Below, one piece after another: positions 10,425-21,679 of a stretch of 23,572 bases of DNA. This DNA comes from Catajapyx aquilonaris (lineage: Eukaryota). Under the pieces are notes generated by a model. The model worked only from the letters and a program-made list of their open reading frames with translations. It ran no database searches and was not told the origin of the DNA. Position numbers and translations under genes: made by a program. Position 1 is the stretch's first letter. Every line of letters starts with the position of its first letter. The DNA lies in the NCBI GenBank assembly GCA_000934665.2, contig KZ538293.1:62001-85572 (forward strand), read 5' to 3'.

Positions 10425-10663
10425 ATTCCAAGATGGCCACAAATGGATTCAAGATGGCGGCTGAAAGGATTCCAAGATGGCCAAAAAAGTGGATTAAAAG
10501 TGGTCACAAAAGGATTCAAAATGGCTAATCCAATATGGCAGCAAATGGATTAAAGATGGCCACAAATGGATCCAAAATGGTCGCTGAAGATTTCAAAATG
10601 GTCGCTAAACATCCAAAATGGTCGCAAATGGATTTAAAATGGCCTCTTATGTATCCAAGATGA
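10425..10663. repeat. Tandem array of about 12 units of ~20 bp with YY1/Pho-like cores
   Basis: Units of the form ATYCAARATGGY...; includes CAAGATGGCGGC. Confidence 0.8.
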
Positions 10664-11527
10664 ATCTGTAGCTTTTTTTTAAAAAAAAAAAATCTCTAAA
10701 TTAGTGGTTCGTGACTTTAACTGCAGAGGGCGCCACCAGTAAATTAAAGGTGATTTTCAGTGGGATTGGTCGGACCTTCCCCCTCCACTCTGTATGATGA
10801 ATACTGTACACACACTCGAACACGCACGTACATTTCAATTTGTCCGGTATCGTGCTGGAATCAAGATGGATCCAATAATCTGAAACCCTACAATTTGTAA
10901 ACCCTCATATTAATAGGTCCTATAATGTTGTGGATTTGTCCGCCATTTTTAGTCCAGAATCTTAGAAAGAAGCTGGAACCAAGGCGAAATTTTCACTCTT
11001 GTGAAGGATCGATGGCGAACGACTGGAAATGGAAGTCTGGCTTCCATATTGATTTCCTGTTCCTTCTATAGTGGCACAGGGGGATTCTCAAATCCTATAG
11101 GTGCATGCTAAGAAGCTACCAAGAAAACCCAGAAAAAAAAACCGGGTCCAAGAATTATGGCCGGTAACATCTGGCAACACTGTAGGTATTTCCCACCGCC
11201 AAAAAAGGGGGAAAAAGTTTCAGGACTGGAAGAGATCAACGACCACTAGATGGAACTAGAGTTACTTAACTCGATTAAAGGGCGGGGGTTAGAGCAGTGT
11301 TTGTTAGCCAAATTCGATGAAAGGTCTGATGGACCATGGTCTGGGTGTGACTGTGTGAGACCAATTTTCAAACTGGCAAAACCATGGTCTGGACCTTGTG
11401 ATGTTGCTATATAGTGTGGAAATAATTGATATTTTGTAGTTGAGCCAAAAAATAATCATATTCGACATATTTTAATATAATATTGTGAACAGTATGAAAA
11501 CCTTGCCCAATCAGAATTTTTAAGTAC

Positions 11528-11757
11528 TTTACAATTGATATTAATGAGGTTGGCCCAGCATTGCCTTTCAACCTCCAAGGATAGGGAAGGAAGGAAGCGG
11601 CTGTGGCCTATTATACGGAAGCGACCCCGGAATTATCCTAGAAAGACCGTGGAAAACCACAGAAAACCACGGTCTGGGTTGCAGGCCCCGGGATTCGAAC
11701 CCAGGACCTCCCGATTAGCAGTCGGACGCCCTATCCACTATGCCAACCTGCTTCGGT
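11528..11757 (-). mobile_element. tRNA-derived SINE, family A, copy A3 with an alternative 3' tail
   Basis: Family A head and body at 11576-11757. A 13-bp TSD AATTTTTAAGTAC (11515-11527, 11758-11770) also encloses a ~50 bp tail unrelated to that of the other copies. Confidence 0.9.
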
Positions 11758-11874
11758 AATTTTTAAGTACAATGGAAAATATTTAAATAAAAAATAAACT
11801 ATCGAATGTACAAAATAAATTAAATTAAATATATGGTACAATATAAATACAGTATGTAATGTAATAATAATATA

Positions 11875-12208
11875 ATGAAGAATGATAAATAAATATGTGA
11901 TATAATAAAGAATGATAAATAAATATGTGATATAATAAAGAATGATAAATAAATAAATTTATTAATAAAGAATGATAAATAAATAAATTTATTAATAAAG
12001 AATGATAAATATGATATAATAAACCATAAAGAATGATAAATAAATATGATATAATAAGTCATAAAGAATGATAAATAAATGTGATATAATAAGTCATAAA
12101 GAATGATAAATAAATGTGATATAATAAGTCATAAAGAATGATAAATAAATGTGATATAATAAGAATAATACAGAATGATAGATAGATAAATAAATAAATA
12201 AATAAATA
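11875..12208. repeat. AT-rich minisatellite (30-34 bp units) ending in (TAAA)n
   Basis: AAGAATGATAAATAAAT core repeated about 10 times in locally homogeneous variants. Confidence 0.85.
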
Positions 12209-13187
12209 ATGAAAATACACCGAAGTTACGCAATAATTTAAAATGTGATTTAAAAATCAGATCTGGATTTTTTTAAATTTATTTGAAATATTTTAAAATT
12301 GATTTGGATTAAATAATTAGAACCAGAAAATTAATTTGCTTCATAATTATTCAACAATGTTCCCAAAAATTGTTCACGTCATTTGCCATTCCCTAATGTC
12401 ACGTCACCTTCAACTGATTGAATTTGTCGCCAAAAAAGAAAAACTTTTGAGGCTTAATATTTTCGCGAAAAATTTTAACCCACTTTTCGTCTCTATAATC
12501 ACCCTTCAAATCCCACAATCCTCATCAATTTTTGCGAAAAGGGATCCGGAAATCTCTCTCAAAAAAAAAGATTTCACCGACCTAAATTTTTAAATATTGA
12601 TCACCTTACCCTAGTTCAACAAACCTCCAAGAAAAAATTTAGATTGCAGCTATTTTTTTTTGCTAAAAAGTTTCTGAGTGACACACTGTCTCACTACTTT
12701 TTGCAAAACGGCTTTAACTTTTCTCATAAGCAAAGAAAATTCGCGAAATTTTTTACGACCCCCGCATTGTTGAGATAACTTGCTACCGGACATATTTTTA
12801 GAACCTGCTATTATTAGAAGAGAAAAAAAAATCGATCCAGCGCAACATTTTACTCCCCCATTAAAGTGTACAGTCTGATACAAAAATTGGCGAATCAATA
12901 AATTAAGCAAAAATGATCCCGCATTGCGAAAAAGACACGTACACGACAAGGTCGGAAATAACAAAAAAAATGTGGGTCCGAAAAAAAACACGACCATTGT
13001 GGTCAACCAAGTGAGACACTTTTGTTACATGGCCGGCTGCTCCGGACCAGAAGAACTCGAGGACCGGATAATTTGGACGGTGGTAATGGCCTTCGGTAAG
13101 ATGCCTCCGTGACTTTTATTTCAGGGTAGGACCCCCCCGGATCTGGCAACCCCCATGTTGGTGTTACAAGCAAACTTTTCCTGTACC

Positions 13188-13513
13188 CAAAATGGGTACA
13201 AAATGGGTATGAAATTGGTATAAAATAACATTGTTACAGAATGGGTATAAAACGGGTACTAAATGGGTACGGTTTGGTTTGTTGGGTGTGCCAAAGCAAC
13301 TAAGGCTATCTGGCATGTGATGGGTTTTTGGTAGTGGTAGGAAACGGAAGAATCCTGAGAAAACCCACGGAGACTCGGCGATAACCCATCGAAACTGTTC
13401 AACATAAGTAGTCTTCCGTCCGACACGGGGATCGAACTCGGGACCTCAGAGGTGGAAGGCTGCGAGTACGAAATCGGTACCAACGGGTTTAAAACGGGTA
13501 CAAAATGGGTATA
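13188..13513. repeat. ~11-bp tandem repeat (AAAATGGGTAY) split by a SINE
   Basis: Units at 13188-13270 resume at about 13465-13513. Confidence 0.75.
13271..13467 (-). mobile_element. tRNA-derived SINE, family B (V/Meta-domain-like), 5'-truncated
   Basis: Minus strand reads CAGCCTTCCACCTCTGAGGTCCCGAGTTCGATCCCC (B box), then CGTGGGTTTTCTCAGGATTCTTCCGTTTCCTACCAC, then a (CAAAC)n tail. The A box is missing. Confidence 0.8.
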
Positions 13514-15062
13514 ATTTAATGGAAAACGGCACAAACTTATATTTTTTGCTTCAATTTTAATTATGATATATTTCATCATTAATTAATGTAATTTCATAAG
13601 TGCAAATAAGTACGTTTTTATATACTTTTGCTACACCAAATTTGTGTAAAAACGAAACAGCTGTAATTTAATGAAAGTGACGTTTTGAACCGGGCCATAG
13701 TCGCGATAGTATCCGACAGCTAGTCGTTAGCAGTGGGTAGGTTTAAATGATAGTCACATTTCCTCACAAAAATGACAGCCACCTACTTATATCCTCATTC
13801 CGACCCAAATGCTATGGAGGAAAAAGACTATGGGCCTATGGCACCTTCCGAAAAATAGTCTCGTCCCAAACGACTAGATAACGTTTTCCATTAGACCCAT
13901 CATTCTTATAGCACTGTCATCTGCGGAGGTTATGACTTCATTTCCGTTCTCTGGGTTTTATAACCGGTTTCAAGTGGATTATTCGGCTTACGGTTCGACT
14001 AACAATGACCGTCTATTGTATCGGGGTTCGACCTGACAATAATAGGGACTATGGATTAGTTTTAATGCGATGGAAAATTTACTGGGGGTAGAGGACACAA
14101 TGGTTGCCGTGGGGTCTATTGTCTGTCGATTTATTGCTTCGATTGCACCATGTTTACCTGGTGGAAAACCTAAGTGGAGGGGGTCCTGACCCGGAAATTT
14201 TTGGAATCGTTTGGATCCAACAATGAGGTCACTTTCCACATATAATTAAGTGGAGATTGAAATGGGGGGAAAAACAAGTAAAAATTAAATAATAATTTAA
14301 TTTTTAAAACATTTGCTTAAAATTTAATAATGTAATTAAACAGTTGAACGAACTAAGTAAAATAAAATATTATTATCCTTATCGAAGTAGAAATTGGCTG
14401 GGAAAGTAGTTAACTATTTTGGACAAAATGTCTGACAAGGGTAAACTTGACCAACTGGGATAAACTTGCCTCCGGGGCATCTCTACCACCCTGTCGATCA
14501 CAAATCAAACTTTCGTCCTGATGCCATCCACCAGATGGCTTTGCATGCATGAGCAACTACTAACCCCTCACCCTGGAAATAGTCTATTCTCGATAAACCT
14601 CTTCCAAATAGGTGCAAATCCTCTTGAAATCACGGGTATTTACATGTCCAATCTCACCCCTAATTGTGTTGGGAGTGGGATCCGACAAGGGCGGGTATAT
14701 AATCCGTCATTACCATGTTGTTTTCCTCAGGAGACGGGCAGAAGGGGATTGTCTGTCTATAGAGTCTATAGTTAGCCTCCAGCCAATAGTCCCTAGCCAA
14801 TAGGATGGGGGTATCGGAGGCGTCAATGAGGATGTCGACGGGTTTCGAAAACTCCGCAAGCGTGACTTGAATAGTTTTCTTCTGTGCCGGAGGGGATTAT
14901 AGTCTCTATCGGGACTGTAGGAGTCTATTATTACTATTACTGTAGTACCCAGTTACATAATGCGGATAATCAATTCTTAAACATGCGAGATGCTCATCGT
15001 TACTACCCGAATGTATTCACTCAGGTTAACTATCCCACCACTCAGAGGTGGAAGGCTGTGGA

Positions 15063-15196
15063 CCACAGCCTTCCACCTCTGAGGTCCCGAGTTCGATTCC
15101 CGGGTCGGACAGAGGATACTTTTGTGAATAGACTTTCGATGAGTTCTCTCTGTGTTCGCGTGGGTTTTCTCGGGGTTCTCCCGTTTCCTCCCACAA
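15063..15196 (+). mobile_element. tRNA-derived SINE, family B, truncated, with an inverted duplication at its 5' end
   Basis: Homologous to 13271-13467. GTTCTCTCTGTGTTCGCGTGGGTTTTCTCGGGGTTCTCCCGTTTCCTCCCACA resembles the conserved V-/Meta-SINE central domain as I recall it. Confidence 0.8.
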
Positions 15197-15199
15197 TCA

Positions 15200-15710
15200 A
15201 TAATATATAAAAAATATTTAAAAAGCAATTTCAAAATAATGAAATAAATTTTAAAATAACAAAATGAACTTATAAAATAATGAAATATTTTAAAATAAAT
15301 TTAATTTAATGAATTGATCATACAACTGAATAAAAAATGTTATCGAATTAAATTAAATCAATTGCATAAAGATAAAATATAATTTTCATTAATATTTTTA
15401 TTCATTATTTTATTCACACAAATAAAATTCTAGCTAATAATTCAGGCATATATCGAAACCAAATAAATAAATAAATTAAAATAACACAAATTAAATAACA
15501 CAAATTAAATAAAAATGAAATCAATTTATTTAAATAAATAAATAAATTGACAAAAATTAAATAAAAATAATATCAATTTATTTAAATAAAATAAATTATT
15601 TAATCGAACAAAATTAATTGCATTAATTATTAACATTAAATTAAATTAAATTAAACCAATTAAATTAAATTAAACCAATTAAATTTAAAATGTTAAATAT
15701 TTTCTTTAAT
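15200..15710. repeat. AT-rich low-complexity tract with short internal duplications
   Basis: (AAATT)n and AAATAACACAAATT repeats; very little G or C. Confidence 0.7.
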
Positions 15711-16985
15711 TTGATAGAGATAATATGAAAAATGCTTCATTGAGAATATGTCACCAAAATAAATCAAAAAAATCCCATAAATTTCTACCCAATTTTCCTG
15801 AGGAATGACAAATAGTGACCATCAGCGCCACCTTTTCAACCGTCAATCCAAGCCGTTGCGACGTCACACGTCCCTAGAATGACGCAACCCAAGGCCCACT
15901 CTTGCGGCGAATCCAGACCGACCTCCGTGCTTTATGGGGCGAATCGAGCCCACCTTGCGGTCCGTCGTGAGGCACCGCTGCGCTACCAAGCCCTGCTGCC
16001 TCGATGCCTTACCCAGATAAGGGTGGCCATGTGCTGTACTTCGAAAATTTCGCCCCCCGCCCCCTTCCCCCCTCAGAAGCGGCGATCAGACAGCGGAAGC
16101 AGGCCTATAATTAACACCCATATGGGGGGAGGGGATGGGAAGCGCCGGGTGCTGGACATGAATGCATGGCATGTGGATACACACGTCTCACACGCGCCCC
16201 ATAAAGGGAAGCCGTGCATCCAAATGGAAGTGCATCCACTGAATGCAACGATGCAACGCGTCCGTGGTATGGGGTCGGCATGGCATGTTGGACATGGTGT
16301 AACGCAGACATTTCCTTTGATATTGAGCGAACCAAGTATAAATGACGTCAAGTTGTCAATAATGGCATGTAGCTAAATGATCCGTCATATTTTGTGTCCT
16401 AAATTCATATTTTAATTTTTAATCATATGTTTTTCTCCCAATTTCCCGCATGTCCCCACCCTATAATTTCAACCAATAAAACGTCGTACCTGACTCTTTA
16501 TTACACGCGTAAAATCACCGCATTGTGTGTCCCCTTCTCAACAAAAAAAAAATCCATATATGACACATATTCGTGACTCGCGACATTTTCCATGCTCGTC
16601 TATAAATTCCTGGGTGACCTGGACTTAGACCCGGTTTTACATTATCAGACGACCCCACCCAGCCAGACAGTCCCAGGATGGCTGGTTGATGCAGACGACC
16701 AGACCCAGCGTATTGATCTGGCCTGTACCGGAAGAGGAAACTCCCCCCCCCCCTCCCCTCCAACTCCCCACTCCCTCTCCTCCACCCCCTACCACCAGCC
16801 AGCCAACCAACCAGGCCTTACCCCAACCCTAACTCGCTAAACCCTAAAAATCAGACTTAAAATAAAATCAAATTGTAATTAACAGGACCAACAAGCCGCC
16901 ATTTTGTCACAAATTATTATATAATAAAATTAGAAATATGGCATAATTTTGTGCATAAATTATTTAAAAATAAATTGCACGTAAA

Positions 16986-17058
16986 AATCGCTCATTTTGC
17001 TACATAATCGCTCACTTTGGCATAGAATCGCTCACTTGGACCAAAAATCGCTCGTTGG
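16986..17058. repeat. Four-copy 20-bp tandem repeat
   Basis: AATCGCTC at 16986, 17006, 17026 and 17046. Confidence 0.85.
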
Positions 17059-17110
17059 TCAGAACATTTTTTTTGAAATAATTATATATTTTTAAATATT
17101 GCTGACTGAC

Positions 17111-17264
17111 CTTTGTTGATCTTCTGGAGTATGATGTCCTTATGCTCCTGCGAGTGTGGCTCTCCAATCACGATCAGTAGGTAGCATCCGGAGAGTGGCG
17201 ACAGTGATCCCTCCGTGACAGATGTAGGAAGCTCCGAAGAGCGATCCCCGGCTCCGTCCGCCAT
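17111..17264 (-). CDS. futsch: First coding exon of microtubule-associated protein futsch (MAP1A/1B/1S family)
   Basis: ATG at 17264-17262 (GGCATGG context) gives MADGAGDRSSELPTSVTEGSLSPLSGCYLLIVIGEPHSQEHKDIILQKINK(G). SPLxGCYLLIVxGEPHSxEHKDIILQ matches the conserved arthropod Futsch N-terminus as I recall it. Phase-1 donor G|GTCAGT at 17110. Confidence 0.9.
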
Positions 17265-17847
17265 GCCGGCCCGGAGTCTAAGCAGAGACCGGCAAAAGGG
17301 GGGCACACCCGCTGGGCCACACCATCACCCCCCCTACCCCCCATTTGACAGAGCTTCACCAGACAGCCGAGAGAGTCGCTGTGACTCTGCGCCGAATCAG
17401 ATGGGACTCGACCGTGAAAGGAATCGATGGGGGGTTCATTGTTGCGATTGACGATTAGGAAGGATGCAAAGGAGAATAAGTTGAAAAGGTCAAGTATTTT
17501 GGCCAACTATTTCGAGGGGGGGGGGGGGGTTTGAATTTTGTATGGGTTTGGCAACAATGGGTTATTCATGCGGGAGGTTAATTATTGAGCGGAGTTAATT
17601 ATATCTCAGAGACGTACAATGACTACGCTAAGTGTGTACATGGGATGTAATCAAATTATATGTATAAAAATTATTCATAACAAATTTATATAATATTAAG
17701 TGTATTTTTCCAGACAGTTTTAAGACTGTTTAGGCAAATAGTGTACACTTTAAATATGCAAATTTGATCACATGTGATGGTACAAATTTAATCACAATTA
17801 ATTGCGCCTGACAGGTTTTTTCCCCCTATACAAACTGGTTGCTGGAG

Positions 17848-18112
17848 ACCGAAGCAGTTTGGTGGAGTGGCTGCTAATCGGGAGGTCCTGGGTTCGAATC
17901 CCGGTGCCGGCAACTCTAACCGTGGTTTTCTGTGGTTTCCCATGGTTACTCCAGGAGAATTCCGGAGCTGTTTTCTAAACTAATAGGCCACAGCCGCCTC
18001 CTTCCTTTCCTATCCTATCCCAAAAAGCAAAGTAAAAATGTACACGAGTTCCAGACAAACCAAAAAAAGAGCCGAAAAAGGCTGATAACGGAGTAAGATA
18101 TTATTATATATT
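17848..18112 (+). mobile_element. tRNA-derived SINE, family A, copy A4 (deletion in head, variant tail)
   Basis: 15-bp TSD AACTGGTTGCTGGAG at 17833-17847 and 18113-18127. About 13 bp are missing between the A box and CTGCTAA. B box GGTTCGAATCC is intact. Confidence 0.9.
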
Positions 18113-19117
18113 AACTGGTTGCTGGAGTCAACAATTTTCACCATTCATACTCCTTTATTTTTCCAGTTGTTTTTGAGTGTCCATGGTGCCGAAATGACAT
18201 TTGCAAGCACAAACTGCAAAAAGATTTTAGCAAAAAGTCCAGTGCAACTATGCAAATTATTCGCAGCTCACACCCGGTTGCTTTTCATTGTCTATACTGC
18301 ATAAAAAAAGAAGAAACGGTCTCTAATGAATAACGCCGCTCGGAATTCTAAAGACTTCATTGTTGCAAAAGTCTGCAAACACAGGCGGTCAATACCAATA
18401 AAAAAAGGCTGAAGTTTGCAAAAAAAATTCTCTAATTAATTTCCGGGCCGGAAAAAAGTTTGCTAATTGAAGGACCATTCCCTATAAGGGCTCTTTGTTC
18501 CATGCTGTACATTGTTGGACGAAAAAAGTGAGTTGAATACAAAATCCGGGCGAGATTTGTAATTGGCATAAAATACAGGGTGTACCATAATTTACGTATT
18601 TTTTCCAATTTACTCAAGTGGCGCCATCTTATCTCCGGGAAAAAAAGTCCAATTTACTTCAAGATACACATCAACAATGGTCCTAAAAATCAATCCTAAC
18701 ATTAATAAACCGCCAGCAAGACATGCTTGGTGCATCAGACTCCAAAAAAAATATTTTTGGCCAAAAAAAAGGAAATTGGTTTCTCGCTTCAGATAGCAAT
18801 CGTCATGCCCCATAAAGAACCAATTGGGTGTGCCAAAATATGTCCCAGACATTTTTTTTGGTGGGGGGGGGGGGGTCTGTATCTGTNTTTTCTGTAATGG
18901 TGGTTCCCAGATTGCTTTTTACGGTCACGCTTCTTGAGAGTCTATAGTCATATTTTATTGATGAGAAGTGGTGGGGACAAATATGGCGACAGGCGACAAA
19001 AAAAAAAGGAGATGCGGCAGTTGGGTCCAATAGGGTGATCCGGAGTGGGTGGCGTCTCATTTTAGCGTATTAAAATATGTGTCCAAATATTTACGGTTTG
19101 GACAAATTTTTGGTCGT

Positions 19118-19122
19118 AAAAA
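19118..19122 (-). terminator. Pol III terminator (T5) of the tRNA-Ala gene
   Basis: TTTTT on the minus strand, 7 nt past the discriminator base. Confidence 0.75.
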
Positions 19123-19129
19123 TATTTTT

Positions 19130-19202
19130 TGGAGGCGCCGGGTATCGATCCCGGTACCTCTCGCATGCTAAGCGAGCGCTCTACCATGTGAGCTACGCCC
19201 CC
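19130..19202 (-). tRNA. tRNA-Ala-AGC: tRNA-Ala (anticodon AGC)
   Basis: GGGGGCGTAGCTCACATGGTAGAGCGCTCGCTTAGCATGCGAGAGGTACCGGGATCGATACCCGGCGCCTCCA, 73 nt. All four stems pair, with the G3:U70 alanine identity pair, A73 and a downstream T5. Confidence 0.96.
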
Positions 19203-20336
19203 TGGTTGGTCTAACTTACCTTCTCAGTACCACCTTTGAATTTAGGCAACTCCAAAAAAAAAAAGTTCACATTTTATCAAAATTAAATTTTTGAAAATTA
19301 TAGTGTCTGACCCAATAAAAATGGTTGGCCGCCCTAATTGTTGCCGCTTATTAATTATATACACGGTCTGGTGCCTTACCGCCTTGTCATTATTACGAGG
19401 AAGTGAACATCTGAGGAATCCGGAACCGTTGTGACCATTAGTCCGGAAATAAGGTCAAAATCCGGTCAACTCTGCCAATTCATAAATAATTCCTCACATT
19501 TCGTTTCAACAAAATTTTGCGATTTTTTTTGAAAAATCCGGGTAATCCGGAATATTCCCCCGGATAAACCCGGTTTTTTTTTCCCTCTCCCCGTTCCATT
19601 TTCCAGCAAAGTCCTCGCCGGGAGGGCGCACTTTCACAGGTTCACATAAGTTCATCAGAGGTATCCAAAAAGGGGCCGTCCCAATTCCACCAAAAATTGT
19701 CCCTCCAAAAAAATCCAGAAGTCCTCTATATAAATCCGGTTCAAAAAAAGCAAACTATCCAAACCCCCTTTAATAATCATAGAGAGGTCACAGGTCATGT
19801 CTAGACATACGAAGATGTGACTAATAGCAACTTGCTAGAACCAGTTTTGTTCTCCGGTTAGGATTGATTTGTTCTGACAGGAATAATCCAGCCTCTAGTC
19901 GAATCTATCCGGGAATAGTATTTAATCCCGGATTTTTTTTTTCGGGGGGAAGGGAGGGGGGGCTAGTACTGATTTTTACTGGAATAATTTTTGAGGGGGT
20001 AGGCGTGGTATGTTCCCGGAGTGACAGAAAGACCCGTAGTACCCACCCACCCACCCGGATTGGACACCCGGATATAAACCCGGTTTCTGCCCCTCCCAGT
20101 AAACGACCATCCAGCTCGTTTCGCACGTCACACATGGATAAAGAAATACGAGCTTTCTGCAAGGGTAACGTAACTACATAGGAGGTCACCGTATATATAT
20201 TTTTCGAACAAAAATTTAACCCTCCGAATTTTTAAATATGAACTAGGCAACAATGGGGGGGCCCTCCGATGGACGAGGCCAACTCGGAAGTGGAGGGACC
20301 AAACGCACCAATAGGAACTAGGAGCACATATGTTTA

Positions 20337-20495
20337 CAGGAGGTCTATAAAATCAATAGCTGCGCAGTGCCAACAATAGACACCGTAGCTGAGGATATCC
20401 ATAAAAAAAACCATGGTGGGTCGACTTGGTCCTGAAACGAAAAAGTGCCGGGGAAGTCTTTCGCAGTTGGGCTGACAGGAGCACATAAGTTGGTA
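20337..20495 (-). pseudogene. Probable relic of a CxC-type cysteine cluster domain associated with KDZ transposases
   Basis: YQLMCSCQPNCERLPRHFFVSGPSRPTMVFFMDILSYGVYCWHCAAIDFIDLL fits the remembered CxC1/2/3 pattern C-x-C..L.r(G).F..P.rP..F..dlL..a.dF..L. The conserved Gly is missing and a stop follows. Confidence 0.5.
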
Positions 20496-21416
20496 GGAGT
20501 TGGCTACCCTGTTTTTGGTGTGGAGTTGGGGAGTTGGTGGGGGTGGGTCCTTTTCAGCCTCCTGTTTGCTGCTGCCCTCTGGATGTGCCCCTGTTGAAAA
20601 TGTCACGGATGAGGCGGTCCCCTTGACATCCGTAGGACGGCGGAGTCCTATCCCAACCCAGCTGGGGCGGGTTCAACACAACTCCTCCCACCCCTAGCAA
20701 AGTTTGCTAGGCAGTTGCTAGGGGTGGTAGTATAACCAACAGTAAATTTTATGGCCGCAAAAATTTGTATGTGTCGAGTACACGTACAAAAGTAAGGTAT
20801 TGCTCTAAAATGAGGGTAACAATGTAACATTACTGCATAATCATGTCAATGTCAATGTCCTGAAGTGCTTGCTTTGTTAGGGTGTGAGACGATGGGGGCA
20901 GCACCGGCTGTGTTGCCACATTTACTTTGGATGTGCAGTACACAGATGGCGCGCAGAGTATCTTACGAGAAATACTGGCAGTATAAGGTAATGTGTACGC
21001 GCCAAATACAAGACATGAAATTTGATCAGCTCAAAATTATGCGCACCACTTGTGAATTTTCCCTCAATTTTTGGCTTCATTTGAGTGAAAAAGCGGATTA
21101 GCGAATTTTTGTGTAATATATTATATCAGTGTAGTAGCTATCTTTGTGTAATAAAATACCTCAGTTTGTTAGCTATTTTTGAATAAGAACATGCCTCAGC
21201 GTATTAGATATTTTAATAAAATATCTTGTCACAGCGCATTAGCTAATTTTGAGTAATATAGGCTAATTTATTTAAGTAATATATTACTACATGATGACAT
21301 TGGGTCATTTAAGTATTAAAATGCCTCAGTATATTAGTTATTTTAGCGTATTTTAATCAATAACTTGCCACAGTGTATTTTAGACATTTTAGAGTTATAT
21401 ATTACTACATTCCATT

Positions 21417-21679
21417 ACCGAAGCAGGTTGGTGTAGGGGATAAGGAGCCCGCCTGCTAATCGGGAGGTCCTGGGTTCGAATCCCGGGGCCAGCGACCCTG
21501 ATCATGGCTTTCTGTGGTTTTCCATAGTCCCCTCCAGGACAATTCCGGGGTCGTTTCCGTAAAAATAGGCCACAGCCGCATCCTTCCTTCCCTATTCCTG
21601 GTCCCATCCAGTGGTGGTAATCCACCCCCCTAAGGGAGCCAAAGGCTCTAGCATGGGGTATGATAAGTAAATAAAATAA
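21417..21679 (+). mobile_element. tRNA-derived SINE, family A, copy A5
   Basis: Full-length with an A-rich tail. 14-bp TSD TACTACATTCCATT at 21403-21416 and 21680-21693. Confidence 0.92.

Larger units (their letters stand above)
1..17110 (-). other. Probable first intron of the futsch/MAP1 gene, continuing beyond the left edge of the window
   Basis: Minus-strand donor AAG|GTCAGT at 17111/17110. I found no exon encoding the expected continuation (G-[F/L]-L-S-W-D-like) in 1-17110 by eye. The region is repeat-rich with no credible host ORF. Confidence 0.6.

Noticed and set aside
10718..14545. Scattered CTCF-like motifs (about 10720, 11243 and 14528)
   Set aside because: Partial matches only, so they cannot be called functional from sequence alone.
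15879..16376. 165-aa plus-strand ORF
   Set aside because: GC-rich non-coding-like sequence with ORFs in several frames and no recognisable homology.
18887..18887. Single ambiguous base n
   Set aside because: Assembly ambiguity, not biology. It does warn that nearby homopolymer lengths and frameshifts may be errors.
19600..19665. Hammerhead-like CTGATGA...GAAA on the minus strand
   Set aside because: Stem II is only about 2 bp and stem I cannot be formed in any topology I could find.
21417..21495. Family A heads as tRNA-Ser(GCT) genes, and the family D head as tRNA-Gly(GCC)
   Set aside because: There is no proper acceptor stem or Ser long variable arm, and the heads run into repeat bodies enclosed by TSDs. 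They are SINE heads.
21612..21660. SINE tail as a twister ribozyme (P1-UAA-P2)
   Set aside because: It lacks the P4 stem-loop and pseudoknot sequences. A LINE-recognition stem-loop is the simpler explanation.
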